Assembly (NCBI GenBank): GCA_027483445.1
Contig: JAIXUS010000005.1
Location: 140,927 to 204,926, forward strand
Length of the DNA stretch: 64,000 nucleotides
Source of the DNA: Bacteroidota bacterium
Lineage (GTDB): Bacteria > Bacteroidota > Bacteroidia > M30B66
Direction of reading: 5' to 3'
Position numbers and translations under genes: made by a program. This document shows positions 8,485-19,046 of this stretch, one piece after another. The notes under the pieces were generated by a model. It was not told the origin of the DNA. It worked only from the letters and a program-made list of their open reading frames with translations, and made no database searches. How positions within the stretch are numbered: the first letter of the stretch is position 1; each line of letters starts with the position of its first letter.

Positions 8485-9963
8485 ATGTCGAAATCTGCGA
8501 TAGTTATAGGTGCGGGCTTTTCCGGGTTATCTGTTTCAGCCTCTCTTGCTCAAAAAGGTTATTCGGTAACTGTGCTTGAAAAACACAACCTGCCTGGAGG
8601 GCGCGCCAGGAAGATGCAAGGAGGCGCCTACACCTTCGATATGGGGCCAAGTTGGTACTGGATGCCTGATGTATTTGAGCAGTATTTTGCAGCTTTTGGG
8701 AAAAAGCCTTCCGATTATTACAGCCTAAAAAAACTGGACCCATCCTACTTTATATATTGGGGCAAAAATGAATACACGCCCATTCCATCAGGTGTTGATG
8801 CCTTGGTGGCTCTGTTTGAACAATACGATCCGGGAAGTGGAAGTCGCTTGAGGCAATTTTTGAATGAGGCTGAATATAAATATGATGTAGGAATCAACAA
8901 GCTGGTTTACAAACCAGGAAGGAGTTGGCTTGAATTTGCCGATTTGGAATTGGTCAAGGGTGTTTTCAAACTAGATGTATTTAAAAGTATCTCAAAACAC
9001 GTTCGTAAAGTAACCAGTAACGATAAACTCATACGTCTCATGGAGTTCCCGGTGCTTTTCCTCGGGGCTCTTCCATCAAATACGCCGGCGTTGTACAGCT
9101 TAATGAATTATGCTGATATGGCTTTGGGTACTTGGTTTCCTGAAGGTGGCATGTACGAAATTGCCAAAGCCATGCATGCATTGGCTGAAGAGCAAGGAGT
9201 AAAGTTTAGGTTTTCGGCCGATGTAACTTCATTTGAATTTGAAGGCACACGAATTTCTGGAGTAAGGGTAGGAGGGGAGTTGCTGAAGGCTGATGTGATC
9301 GTTTCGTCGGCCGATTACCATTTTACCGAAACCCGACTACTCCCCAAGGCTCTCCAATCCTATTCATCAAAATACTGGGAAACCAGGGTGATGGCTCCCT
9401 CCAGTCTCATTTATTATGTTGGGCTAAACAAGCAGCTTGATCATTTGGCGCATCACAACCTTTTCTTTGATGAATCGCTCGATGTTCACGCTGAAGAAAT
9501 CTACACTCGTCCGCAATGGCCATCTAAACCATTGTTCTATGTATCGTTGACCACCAAAACCGATCCATCGGGTGCTCCTCCCGGACATGAGAATATGTTC
9601 ATACTTATACCAGTTGCCGCTGGATTAGAGGACACCGATGAAGTGCGAAAGAAGTATTTCGATATGGTTATTGATCGGATGGAATCCCATACAGGGCAAA
9701 CTATCCGCCAGCACATCGATTTCTACAAGGCCTTTGGTTACCGCGATTTTGTATCAGAATACAATTCGTTCCGCGGCAACGCATACGGATTGGCCAATAC
9801 ACTCAAGCAAACCGCGATACTGAAGCCATCCTGTAAAAGCAAAAAGGTCGATAACTTGTATTACACAGGCCAGCTAACAGTTCCCGGCCCGGGTGTTCCA
9901 CCTGCTTTGATCTCCGGTCGAGTGGTGGCCTCAGAAATCGCAAAAGATTTTCAATTGAGTTAA
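8485..9963 (+). CDS. crtI: Phytoene desaturase (carotenoid biosynthesis)
   Basis: FAD-binding IVIGAGFSGL, FDMGPSWYWMPD, TPALYSLMNY and GQLTVPGPGVPP; start moved to ATG 8485. Confidence 0.92.
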   Translation: MSKSAIVIGAGFSGLSVSASLAQKGYSVTVLEKHNLPGGRARKMQGGAYTFDMGPSWYWMPDVFEQYFAAFGKKPSDYYSLKKLDPSYFIYWGKNEYTPIPSGVDALVALFEQYDPGSGSRLRQFLNEAEYKYDVGINKLVYKPGRSWLEFADLELVKGVFKLDVFKSISKHVRKVTSNDKLIRLMEFPVLFLGALPSNTPALYSLMNYADMALGTWFPEGGMYEIAKAMHALAEEQGVKFRFSADVTSFEFEGTRISGVRVGGELLKADVIVSSADYHFTETRLLPKALQSYSSKYWETRVMAPSSLIYYVGLNKQLDHLAHHNLFFDESLDVHAEEIYTRPQWPSKPLFYVSLTTKTDPSGAPPGHENMFILIPVAAGLEDTDEVRKKYFDMVIDRMESHTGQTIRQHIDFYKAFGYRDFVSEYNSFRGNAYGLANTLKQTAILKPSCKSKKVDNLYYTGQLTVPGPGVPPALISGRVVASEIAKDFQLS

Positions 9964-10010
9964 ATTTCTTTTTCGTGCTCTTGTTTTATCTTGGCTCAGA
10001 TTTTAAGACT

Positions 10011-11312
10011 ATGAAGCAGCATTACCTCACGTGTTTATTGTTTCTCACTTTCAGCCCGCTTTTATTCGGGCAAAGTGTTCATCGCTGCGGCGATCATCTC
10101 CACAAACAGCAACGTTCGGCTGTAGATCCGGATTATCTGACTAAGCGCTCTGCACTCGATGAGTGGATTGCGTCATCCGCGCAAGCGCAAACAGGCCGAT
10201 CTACAGAGGTTTACCGTATACCGGTTGTTTTCCATGTAATCTACAACAACGCCGAGCAAAATGTTTCTGATGAGGTGATTCTCGATCAATTGGCCATTTT
10301 AAATGCCGATTACAATCGTTTGAATGCCGATACCTCCTTAACCAGACCAGAATTTCAGCCTGTTGCAGCATCGGCCGGAATTGAGTTTTATTTGGCGGAA
10401 TGGGATCCACAGGGCAACCCAACCAACGGAATCACAAGAACCGAGACAAATCAGGCCACATTTATCAATCTGCAATTCGATTTGAACCGGATGAAGCGGG
10501 CTTCTACCGGCGGCGTGGATGCCTGGGATGTGACACAGTATCTCAATATTTGGGTTTGTAATCTGGCTTTGCCCATTATAAACACACCATTTATATTGGG
10601 TTTTGCTACACCACCTGATGGAGCTCCGAATTGGCCTGACGGTTCGGCCGCAGAGCAGCCTGAGTATGATGGAGTTGTGCTCCATTATGAAGTGGTTGGC
10701 AGTAACCCTAATGCCACTGGAGCTCTTGCTACAGTTAACCGGGGGCGCACTGCTGTTCACGAAGTGGGGCATTATCTTGGGCTTCGCCATATTTGGGGTG
10801 ACGGACAAGCTGGTGAAGGATGTAATGTAGACGATGGACTTAGCGATACACCCAATGCAGCCGAAGCTCAACAACAGACCTGCGATTACACCTCAAACAC
10901 CTGCGATGAAGGCCCCGGCGATTTGCCTGATATGCTCGAAAATTATATGGATTATTCAGATGAAAGCTGCATGAACATATTTACTCAACAGCAAGTAAAT
11001 GCCATGAGATTTGTTATTGAGAATTTTCGTGAGTCGCTTCTAACTTCTTCGAAATCAATTAGCAAGGATTTTGAGAAAGTAGCCATCTTCCCGAATCCAT
11101 CTTCTGATTTCATCCGATTTCGCTTTCCACAAGATTTGAACAACGTTCGCTGTCTTGTTTACAACTCGATGGGTCAACTTGTGTTATCCCAAACGATAAA
11201 TACCAATGAGACACTTTCTGTTGAATCGCTTAAAGGTGGAGTATACTTCGCTACATTTGAGCATCCCCGTTTTCGTGCAAGTTCTTCATTCGCAAAAACA
11301 AACAATCCATGA
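10011..11312 (+). CDS. M43 (pappalysin/ulilysin-like) zinc metalloprotease with T9SS type-A CTD
   Basis: Signal peptide, pro-peptide RCG, HEVGHYLGLRH, Met-turn NYMDY, C-terminal IFPNPS..YNSMGQ..GVY. Confidence 0.92.
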   Translation: MKQHYLTCLLFLTFSPLLFGQSVHRCGDHLHKQQRSAVDPDYLTKRSALDEWIASSAQAQTGRSTEVYRIPVVFHVIYNNAEQNVSDEVILDQLAILNADYNRLNADTSLTRPEFQPVAASAGIEFYLAEWDPQGNPTNGITRTETNQATFINLQFDLNRMKRASTGGVDAWDVTQYLNIWVCNLALPIINTPFILGFATPPDGAPNWPDGSAAEQPEYDGVVLHYEVVGSNPNATGALATVNRGRTAVHEVGHYLGLRHIWGDGQAGEGCNVDDGLSDTPNAAEAQQQTCDYTSNTCDEGPGDLPDMLENYMDYSDESCMNIFTQQQVNAMRFVIENFRESLLTSSKSISKDFEKVAIFPNPSSDFIRFRFPQDLNNVRCLVYNSMGQLVLSQTINTNETLSVESLKGGVYFATFEHPRFRASSSFAKTNNP

Positions 11313-11462
11313 TGGATGTGTTGACAAGTTTTTTTTCATAAATGTAAATCACTGTTATCCTGAGTTTTTCTTTGTAACTCGACTGCGCATAATTGGCTTT
11401 GCGAATGATTTTTTTATCTGAGCAATCTGTTTATTTTTGCCCGTCGCCTTAAACCACACAGT

Positions 11463-14400
11463 ATGAAACGAAGCTTTTACGTGGCTTTATTTTCTGTTCT
11501 CACCGCATTGTTGCCAACTACGCTTGTATTGGCAGAGTCTGGAGTTTCGGAAGCCAATCACCCTTCACCGGTAAATGTTGCCGGACAGGCTGTTATTTCA
11601 ACCTTGCCTGTGTCTTCGCTGAGCCTTTGTCAGGGTTCTGCAATCGTAGTGCAATTCAATGCTAGCGGTGCTGTTTTCTCACCTTCCAATATTTTTACTG
11701 CAGAGTTGTCGGATGAAAACGGCAGTTTCGCTTCGCCAACGAATATTGGTAGTGTCGTTTTAGGGGGAAGTTCGATTCCTACCAACACATATATATTTGG
11801 AGTAATCCCTGGTTCGGTACCTGCTGGTGCGGGTTATCGTATTCGGGTTGTTTCTTCTGAGTTTCCGGCTATCCCATCTTTGGATAACGGTGCCGACATT
11901 GCCATCGGTAGTGGTTTTGCACCATCTATTCCTAGTGTTATCGTGAATGGCCCTACAGATTTTTGCTTTGGTTCTGCGACAACCTTTCTGACCTCATCTG
12001 TACCGAGCGGTAATTTGTGGTTTCCTGGAGGCACCAACATCAATCCATTTATTGGCGTAACCTCCTCAGGATGCTATTACACGCAAATAGCAAACGGATC
12101 TGGTTGTACTACCTCATCTGTTCCTGTTTGTATCAATGTAAACACACCAATCTTTACTTTCCTTGCATATTTCGAAAACGGCAATATTGCCTCTACCGCA
12201 GACACGACAATTACAGTATGTCAGGGAGACTCTGCTGAAATCGGGATTTTGATTGAAGGCGGTGTAGCTCCGTTCGACATCAGCTATACGCCAGACGGGT
12301 TTAACATTATTACTGTTAACGACGTTGGAGTCCCTTCAAATAGTCCAAACACTTTCCAATACACTTTCTTCACCTCCACAGCAGGTATTTACCAAACTAT
12401 TGGAGTTACCGATAACTTTCCTACCAATTGTGGATCAAACGGTAGTTCAGGAACAGTAATCGTTCAACTTGCTCCTCCTCCTGTTACAAATTTTAGTTAC
12501 GAGCCGTTCTGCGGCACTAGTTCTGGAGTACCCGTTCTGGCAAGTGGTTTCTTAGGTGGTGGTGTTTTTTCATTTGCAACCCCTCCGGGTGATGGCGCAA
12601 CCATTAATCCTACAACTGGCGTGCTTTCTAATACAGTAATCGGGGCCACCTACACAGTTCAATATACTGTTCAAGGTCCCAACTGTGAAGCATCTTCAAC
12701 AACCACTGTTACAGTCGACGACTCCGATGTTGTTGAGTTCTCGATAGAGCCTTTCTGTTCCGGAAGTCCTTCAGAATTGCCCGAAACTGTTCCTGGATTT
12801 GCCGGTGGTGGTACTTATTCGTTTACAACAAACCCTGGTGATGGTGCTTCGATTGACCCAGTAACAGGGGTGATTACTGATGCTTCCCCATCAGCCACCT
12901 ACAACGTTACATATACATCTCCTGCTGGAGTATGTCAGAATACATTTTCAACGACTGTCACTACACTTGAATCACCTGAAGTTACGGCTGTCGTTGTGAA
13001 CACTGAGTGTGGAGAATCTTCCGGTTCGATTGACGTAACCGTTAGTTCCGGAGAAACTCCTTACACCTACAGTTGGTCTAATGGAGCAACCACTGAAGAT
13101 ATTTCAGGTTTGCCTTCTGGACCATACACATTCAGAGTAACCGATAACCAAGGGTGTGTAGTAGATACAACCATATCTATCATAAACACCAACCAACCAG
13201 AATTGGTATTCGACATCGACAATGCTTCTTGCGGTGATCAAAATGGTAGTATCACGCTTACAATTAACAATGGCGTAGGTCCTTTTGATATCGTTTGGAC
13301 TCCGACGGGTTCGGGTTTGCAGCTTAACAGTCTTGCTCCTGGTACCTACGACGTAACTGTAGTCGATAATGGTACCACCTGCGAAGTGAGTGGTTCTGCT
13401 ACCATCACGCAGGAAGGTGCACCACAGGCAACGTTTACCGTAACAAACGCGTTATGCCAATCGCCTGTAGGAGCTATTGATGTAGATGTTACCGGCGGAA
13501 CTGCTCCAATCACACACAGCTGGAGTAATGGAGCCACTACCGAAGATATTAGCGGACTTACAGCGGGTACTTATACCGACACAATTGCAGATGCCAACGG
13601 TTGTCAGGTTATTATTTCTGCGAACATCATTAACGCCAACCAGTTTACAGCCACATCAACAGTAGTTAACCCAACCTGTGCCAACTTAAGCGGTGGCTCA
13701 ATTGACGTAACAATTACAGGTGGAGACGCGCCTTTCTCTTTTGTTTGGTCGCCCAACACTCAAAATGTAACGGAAGACGTTAGCGGATTGACAGGTGGAA
13801 CTTATACTGTTGAAATTACCGACGACGCAGGTTGTGAGTTTACTCTTCAAAGTGTAATTACAGCTCCCGTTCCTCCAACTGCAACAGTTGATCTTGTGCC
13901 AGCACAATGCGGGCAATCAACCGGATCAGTTAATGTTACCGTTCAAGGTGGTTCCGGGAATTTCACATATTTATGGAGTAATGGTGCAACAACAGAAGAT
14001 TTGACTGCTGTGCCTGCTGGCGATTACAGTGTGATTATTACTGATGTAGCCGATCTTTCATGCACAACAACTGCATCTGCAACAATTGTGAACGACAATG
14101 AACCAAGTGTAAGCATTTCAACAACGAATACATCTTGTACCGCAAATACCGGAACTGCAACACTTTCGATTACCGGAGGTTCTGGAGACTTTTCCTTCGT
14201 ATGGAGTGGCCCCAATTCCTTCAATTCTACAGACCAAAACCTAACAGGCCTGGCCTCGGGAACTTACAATGTTGTCGTAACCGACATTACTACAACCTGT
14301 GTTGTTGAGGAGTCTGGTGTTGTTTCACCTGCTGATGCTCCTGAGTTAGATGCAGTATCCGTTAATACCACATGTGGGCAAAACAATGGTTTGATTGACA

Positions 14401-17400
14401 TTACCATTGACGGTGGTACTGAGCCATTTACTATTCTTTGGAATGGCAACCCATCTACGGAGCTCGACCGCATCAACCTCGCTCCGGGGACCTACACCTT
14501 CCTTTTAACTGATGCGAACGATTGCTCGGTTACTCAAACCTTTGAGATTCTTCCTTCTACTCAGCCGGTGATCGATGGAATAGCAATAAACCCAACTTGT
14601 GGAAACGATACTGGTAGCGTTAACATCACTGTTTCTCAAGCTGTAAGTCCAATTGTTTATGCTTGGACTCTTGATGGTTCGGCTTTCTCTAGCAGTGAAG
14701 ACCTCTCGTCATTGGCTCCCGGTACATATATTATTGTTGCGACTGATGGAGCAGGCTGTATAGTTCGCGATACCTTCAACCTCATTTACGACAACCAACC
14801 GGTTCTTTCATTTACTTCCACTTCTACTTCCTGCGCGGCACCAACTGGCTCTATCGATTTAACAATCACGGGCGGCCAAGCTCCATTTGATATATCTTGG
14901 ACAGGACCTGATGGCTTCACATTCATTGGCCCTGATCCAACTGGCTTATCAGCCGGATGTTACAATGCTACTGTGGTTGACGCAAACACATGTCAAGTAA
15001 CCCTTGAAGTTTGTATTGAGAATACTGATGGCCCAGACGTTACACTAACACCGGCTCAACCTAATTGTGGCGAAGACAATGGCTCTATTACTGCGTCCAT
15101 TTCAAATGGTGTGGAACCATATTCATTCATTTGGACACCTGATCTTGGTCAAACACTTACGCCTTCCAACCTAGCTGAAGGTACTTACACAATTGAAGTT
15201 ACAGATGCAAACGGTTGCGAAACAACTGCGTCGGTTACTTTGACCAATACTGGACTCCTTGTTGTAACAGCTGATCAGACCGATGCAAGCTGCGGAACAG
15301 ATAATGGAAGCATTACTTTGCAAGTAAGCGGAGGAGTTGCTCCCTACTCATTCTTGTGGAGTCCATCAGGTGAAACTACCAATTCAATTTCAGGTTTAGG
15401 CAGTGGTGCTTATTCTGTTGTTGTAACTGATGCTGTAGGTTGCGAAGCTTCCGGTAACTTCACCATTAATGAGGCTCCTGGACCACAAATCACCTTTACC
15501 AGTACAAATGCCCTTTGTGGAAACGACAATGGCTCTATTGATGTTACAGTAACCGGAGGTTCTGGAAACTACGCATACAATTGGGTAGGAAACGGAATTG
15601 GAAATGCAGCTACTCAAGATCAGAATGACCTCCCCGCAGGTGAGTACAAAGTAATTGTTACTGATTTAACAACCACTTGCGTGGATAGTATCACAGTAAA
15701 CATCCTCAACAGCAACTCATTTGTTCTAACAGGTTCAGTTGTAAACACTACTTGTGGGAATGACAATGGTGCTATCACATTGAATATTCAAGGTGGTGAT
15801 GACCCAATCAATATTCTTTGGAATATTGGAAACACTTCAACTTCTCTTTCTGAGCTATCCGCTGGTGATTACATCGTTACGGTTACCGATGGTGCCGGAT
15901 GCGAGGTTGTTGATACTTTCACCGTATTGCCATCTCAACCACTTTCAGCAACCGCATCTTCTACTGATGCAACCTGTGGATCTTGCAATGGTGTTGGAAC
16001 CGTTATCGTAAATAATGGAACAGGTCCTTTCACCTATTTGTGGAACAATGGTGCAACTTCGGAATCGCCAAATACGCTTTGTGCTGGTAACAACTCTGTA
16101 ATCGTAACTGATCAGTCAAATGCTTGCTCCGATACTGTTGAATTTGTAACGAATGGTGCACCTGCACCAGTGGTTACCACAACTTCAACCAATACGAACT
16201 GTGGCGAGTCTATAGGTACTATCGATGCAACTGTAACAGGCGGCACAGCTCCATTTACTTTCAGCTGGAATGGCCCGGGTGTTAATAATGTTAACACTGA
16301 AGACCTAACTGCATTGGCCGCAGGTACATACACACTTGAGGTTACCGACGCCAACGACTGCTCGGCCAATGCGAGTGTGACCATTGTTAATGAAAATGAG
16401 CCGGATGTTGTTCTTACCCCAACAGGAACCGAATGTGGAGCATCTACCGGCGCTATCGACTTGTCCATCTCTGGCGAAACCAGTCCAACGTATGCCTGGT
16501 CTGGTCCTGACGGATTTACATCTACCGCTGAGGACATTAACAACCTGGCCGCAGGTGAGTACACAGTAATTGTTACAGATGGTCTTTGCGTGGTAACAGA
16601 ATCGGCCACCGTAGTCAATGCTGATGGTCCAGTAGCTACTGTATCGGTAAGTGCCGACACCATTTGTGCAAATGCACCGGTTACATTAACCATCGATATC
16701 ACTGGAACAGGTCCGTTTACATTCACTTACAATCAAAATGGTACTCCAGTAACTGTGAATGGTTTCGCTGGAAACACATTTACAACCACTATCGCCCCAG
16801 CAGTTCAGACAGATGTTGAATTGGTTTCGATAGTTTCCGATTTGGTGCCTGATTGCGAAGGTTCTTTCGGTGTTTCTGAGGTTTCAATTGTTGTGAATCC
16901 AAATCCTATTGAACCTGTAATTACTGCAAACGGCCCCGCAACGTTCTGTGAAGGTGGAAGTGTAGTTCTAAGTTCAAATGCGCAAACTGGAAATGTTTGG
17001 AATATCACAGGTCCAGATCAGTTTAATCAGTCAATCACTGTTTCAACTGCAGGATCATATGCTGTAACTGTAATCAATCAGTTTGGATGCGCCGACACCT
17101 CAGAAGCTTTGGTAGTAGAAGTGCTTCCCAATGGAATTCAAGCCAGCTTCAACGATACAACCGTTTGCGCAGGTACACCGATTCAGTTTAACGCCACCGG
17201 TGGAACTAGCTATGTTTGGTCTCCATCAATTTACCTTTCTGGAACCATCATCGCGAATCCTATTTGTACTCCATTTGAGTCTACAACGTATGTTGTTACT
17301 GGAACCGGTATTTGCGGCACAGGTAGCGATACCGTTAATGTAACTGTCCTTCCGATTGTAAATGCAAATCTTGGTTCAGACATTACCATTTGTCAAAATG

Positions 17401-19010
17401 AAGTCTTAACGCTCTCAGTAGACAGCGTTGATGGTGCAACCTACGCATGGGGACCAGCCAATGCTATCGTAGGGGCGACAAATGGCCCTTCTGCTGTAAT
17501 CAATACATTTGCTACGACTATCGTAACATTATCTACGGTAAACACCAATGGATGTGAAAGCACAGACACGCTGTTAGTGACTGTAACTCCATCGAATGCC
17601 GTATTCAATATCACGGCAAATGGCCCAACAACCTTCTGTCAAGGTGAAAGTGTAGTTCTTGAAGCTACAACCGGGAATCTTGTAATTTGGAGCAACGGCT
17701 TAGTAAACTTCGATGAGATAGAGGTTACTGAAAGTGGAAATTACTTTGCCATTTTCACAGGAAGCAATTGTCCGGCTTATTCCGACACTATCGAGGTTGT
17801 CGTAACTCCTCTTCCTGCTATTTCAATCGTGGCGCAAGGTCCAACTACTGTGTGTGATGGCATCTGTGCAACGCTGAACGCCAGTGAAACATCAAACATC
17901 CAGTGGACATTAGCAGATGGTTCTACATCAACGCAAGGAACAATTCAAGCTTGCGACGCGGGCTGGTACATTCTCTCAAGGACAGAAAACGGATGTACAG
18001 GTGTTGATTCCATCTTCATTTCAGTTGCACCACCGCTTCAGACGCCTGTTATCACTTTAGACGGTAACGATATTCTATGCGAAGGCCAAACTACTGCCAC
18101 ATTAATCAGCAGCTCTGCTATCGGCAATCAGTGGTCGGTAAACAATAGTGCCATTGCGGGTGAAACTGGTAATACCATCGTGGTTTCATTAGGCGGTACA
18201 TATACTGTAACTGTGACAAGTCCTGAAGGATGCACAGCTACTTCAGCACCGATTGTAATCACCGTTAAGCCAGTTGTACCTATCGACATCATTGCTCAAG
18301 ATTCGGTTGTTTGTAATGATGAGGAAGTTTCTATACTTCTTTCGGCCACTGTGGGCTTCGAAACCTACCTGTGGCAGCCAGCTGGTGAAACAACACCTCA
18401 AATTACAGCTACATCTGCTGGTAACTATTCAGTAACTGGTGTAACTGCCGACGGTTGTTTCTCTACCGCAGAATTTGTAATTACTCAGAATGTTCCGTTC
18501 TCCCTCAGCTTGAATAGTCCAATTAAGTTCGACGATTTTAATGTCACAGCTCTGGGTGCAAGTGATGGTTCTATTGACCTCACCATCTCTGGTGGTGTTG
18601 GTCCGTTCAACTACAGCTGGTCCAATGGCTCAACTAATGAAGATTTGTCAAACATCCCTGGCGGAACATATACTGTGACAGTTACAGACGCGGAAGGCTG
18701 TCCGGTTGTTGATTCGATCTTTGTTAAAGAACCTCAAGGTATTAAGCTGCCTAATGGCTTTACACCTAACGGTGATGGTTTCAACGATTTCTATGTGATC
18801 AAAGGAATCCAAGGGTACCCAGGTAACAAGGTGAACATCTTTAACCGTTGGGGTAATCTTGTGTATAGCAGACAGGATTATAACAATGATTGGGACGGTG
18901 TGAGTAATGATGGTAACCTTCTGCCTGACGGTACGTATTTTATCGTCGTTGACTTAAATAAAGAAGGAACAGAAAACCTTGAAAACTTTATCGACCTTAG
19001 AAGAAAATAA
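11463..19010 (+). CDS. Giant SprB-repeat surface adhesin with T9SS type-B CTD (2515 aa)
   Basis: Signal peptide; about 16 contiguous ~75-aa repeats (C..GSI..GG..P..W..G.Y.V.VTD..C) plus further Ig-like domains; C-terminal LPNGFTPNGDGFND..IFNRWG..WDG..GTYF. Confidence 0.92.
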   Translation: MKRSFYVALFSVLTALLPTTLVLAESGVSEANHPSPVNVAGQAVISTLPVSSLSLCQGSAIVVQFNASGAVFSPSNIFTAELSDENGSFASPTNIGSVVLGGSSIPTNTYIFGVIPGSVPAGAGYRIRVVSSEFPAIPSLDNGADIAIGSGFAPSIPSVIVNGPTDFCFGSATTFLTSSVPSGNLWFPGGTNINPFIGVTSSGCYYTQIANGSGCTTSSVPVCINVNTPIFTFLAYFENGNIASTADTTITVCQGDSAEIGILIEGGVAPFDISYTPDGFNIITVNDVGVPSNSPNTFQYTFFTSTAGIYQTIGVTDNFPTNCGSNGSSGTVIVQLAPPPVTNFSYEPFCGTSSGVPVLASGFLGGGVFSFATPPGDGATINPTTGVLSNTVIGATYTVQYTVQGPNCEASSTTTVTVDDSDVVEFSIEPFCSGSPSELPETVPGFAGGGTYSFTTNPGDGASIDPVTGVITDASPSATYNVTYTSPAGVCQNTFSTTVTTLESPEVTAVVVNTECGESSGSIDVTVSSGETPYTYSWSNGATTEDISGLPSGPYTFRVTDNQGCVVDTTISIINTNQPELVFDIDNASCGDQNGSITLTINNGVGPFDIVWTPTGSGLQLNSLAPGTYDVTVVDNGTTCEVSGSATITQEGAPQATFTVTNALCQSPVGAIDVDVTGGTAPITHSWSNGATTEDISGLTAGTYTDTIADANGCQVIISANIINANQFTATSTVVNPTCANLSGGSIDVTITGGDAPFSFVWSPNTQNVTEDVSGLTGGTYTVEITDDAGCEFTLQSVITAPVPPTATVDLVPAQCGQSTGSVNVTVQGGSGNFTYLWSNGATTEDLTAVPAGDYSVIITDVADLSCTTTASATIVNDNEPSVSISTTNTSCTANTGTATLSITGGSGDFSFVWSGPNSFNSTDQNLTGLASGTYNVVVTDITTTCVVEESGVVSPADAPELDAVSVNTTCGQNNGLIDITIDGGTEPFTILWNGNPSTELDRINLAPGTYTFLLTDANDCSVTQTFEILPSTQPVIDGIAINPTCGNDTGSVNITVSQAVSPIVYAWTLDGSAFSSSEDLSSLAPGTYIIVATDGAGCIVRDTFNLIYDNQPVLSFTSTSTSCAAPTGSIDLTITGGQAPFDISWTGPDGFTFIGPDPTGLSAGCYNATVVDANTCQVTLEVCIENTDGPDVTLTPAQPNCGEDNGSITASISNGVEPYSFIWTPDLGQTLTPSNLAEGTYTIEVTDANGCETTASVTLTNTGLLVVTADQTDASCGTDNGSITLQVSGGVAPYSFLWSPSGETTNSISGLGSGAYSVVVTDAVGCEASGNFTINEAPGPQITFTSTNALCGNDNGSIDVTVTGGSGNYAYNWVGNGIGNAATQDQNDLPAGEYKVIVTDLTTTCVDSITVNILNSNSFVLTGSVVNTTCGNDNGAITLNIQGGDDPINILWNIGNTSTSLSELSAGDYIVTVTDGAGCEVVDTFTVLPSQPLSATASSTDATCGSCNGVGTVIVNNGTGPFTYLWNNGATSESPNTLCAGNNSVIVTDQSNACSDTVEFVTNGAPAPVVTTTSTNTNCGESIGTIDATVTGGTAPFTFSWNGPGVNNVNTEDLTALAAGTYTLEVTDANDCSANASVTIVNENEPDVVLTPTGTECGASTGAIDLSISGETSPTYAWSGPDGFTSTAEDINNLAAGEYTVIVTDGLCVVTESATVVNADGPVATVSVSADTICANAPVTLTIDITGTGPFTFTYNQNGTPVTVNGFAGNTFTTTIAPAVQTDVELVSIVSDLVPDCEGSFGVSEVSIVVNPNPIEPVITANGPATFCEGGSVVLSSNAQTGNVWNITGPDQFNQSITVSTAGSYAVTVINQFGCADTSEALVVEVLPNGIQASFNDTTVCAGTPIQFNATGGTSYVWSPSIYLSGTIIANPICTPFESTTYVVTGTGICGTGSDTVNVTVLPIVNANLGSDITICQNEVLTLSVDSVDGATYAWGPANAIVGATNGPSAVINTFATTIVTLSTVNTNGCESTDTLLVTVTPSNAVFNITANGPTTFCQGESVVLEATTGNLVIWSNGLVNFDEIEVTESGNYFAIFTGSNCPAYSDTIEVVVTPLPAISIVAQGPTTVCDGICATLNASETSNIQWTLADGSTSTQGTIQACDAGWYILSRTENGCTGVDSIFISVAPPLQTPVITLDGNDILCEGQTTATLISSSAIGNQWSVNNSAIAGETGNTIVVSLGGTYTVTVTSPEGCTATSAPIVITVKPVVPIDIIAQDSVVCNDEEVSILLSATVGFETYLWQPAGETTPQITATSAGNYSVTGVTADGCFSTAEFVITQNVPFSLSLNSPIKFDDFNVTALGASDGSIDLTISGGVGPFNYSWSNGSTNEDLSNIPGGTYTVTVTDAEGCPVVDSIFVKEPQGIKLPNGFTPNGDGFNDFYVIKGIQGYPGNKVNIFNRWGNLVYSRQDYNNDWDGVSNDGNLLPDGTYFIVVDLNKEGTENLENFIDLRRK
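12999..16620 (+). repeat. Block of about 16 degenerate SprB-type protein repeats
   Basis: Counted from the translation (NTECGESSG ... GTECGASTG); conserved at protein level and divergent at DNA level. Boundaries approximate. Confidence 0.8.
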
Positions 19011-19046
19011 TCTCCAACCCCTGAATCTGAACTAAAAACAAAAACA

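Noticed and set aside
12999..16620. Periodic sequence that might suggest a CRISPR array or DGR repeats
   Set aside because: The periodicity is in-frame protein repeats with synonymous divergence. There are no identical repeats with spacers and no cas or reverse transcriptase gene.
16112..16726. 204-aa antisense ORF and other - strand ORFs inside the adhesin gene
   Set aside because: Explained by the biased codon content of the sense gene; no independent signals.
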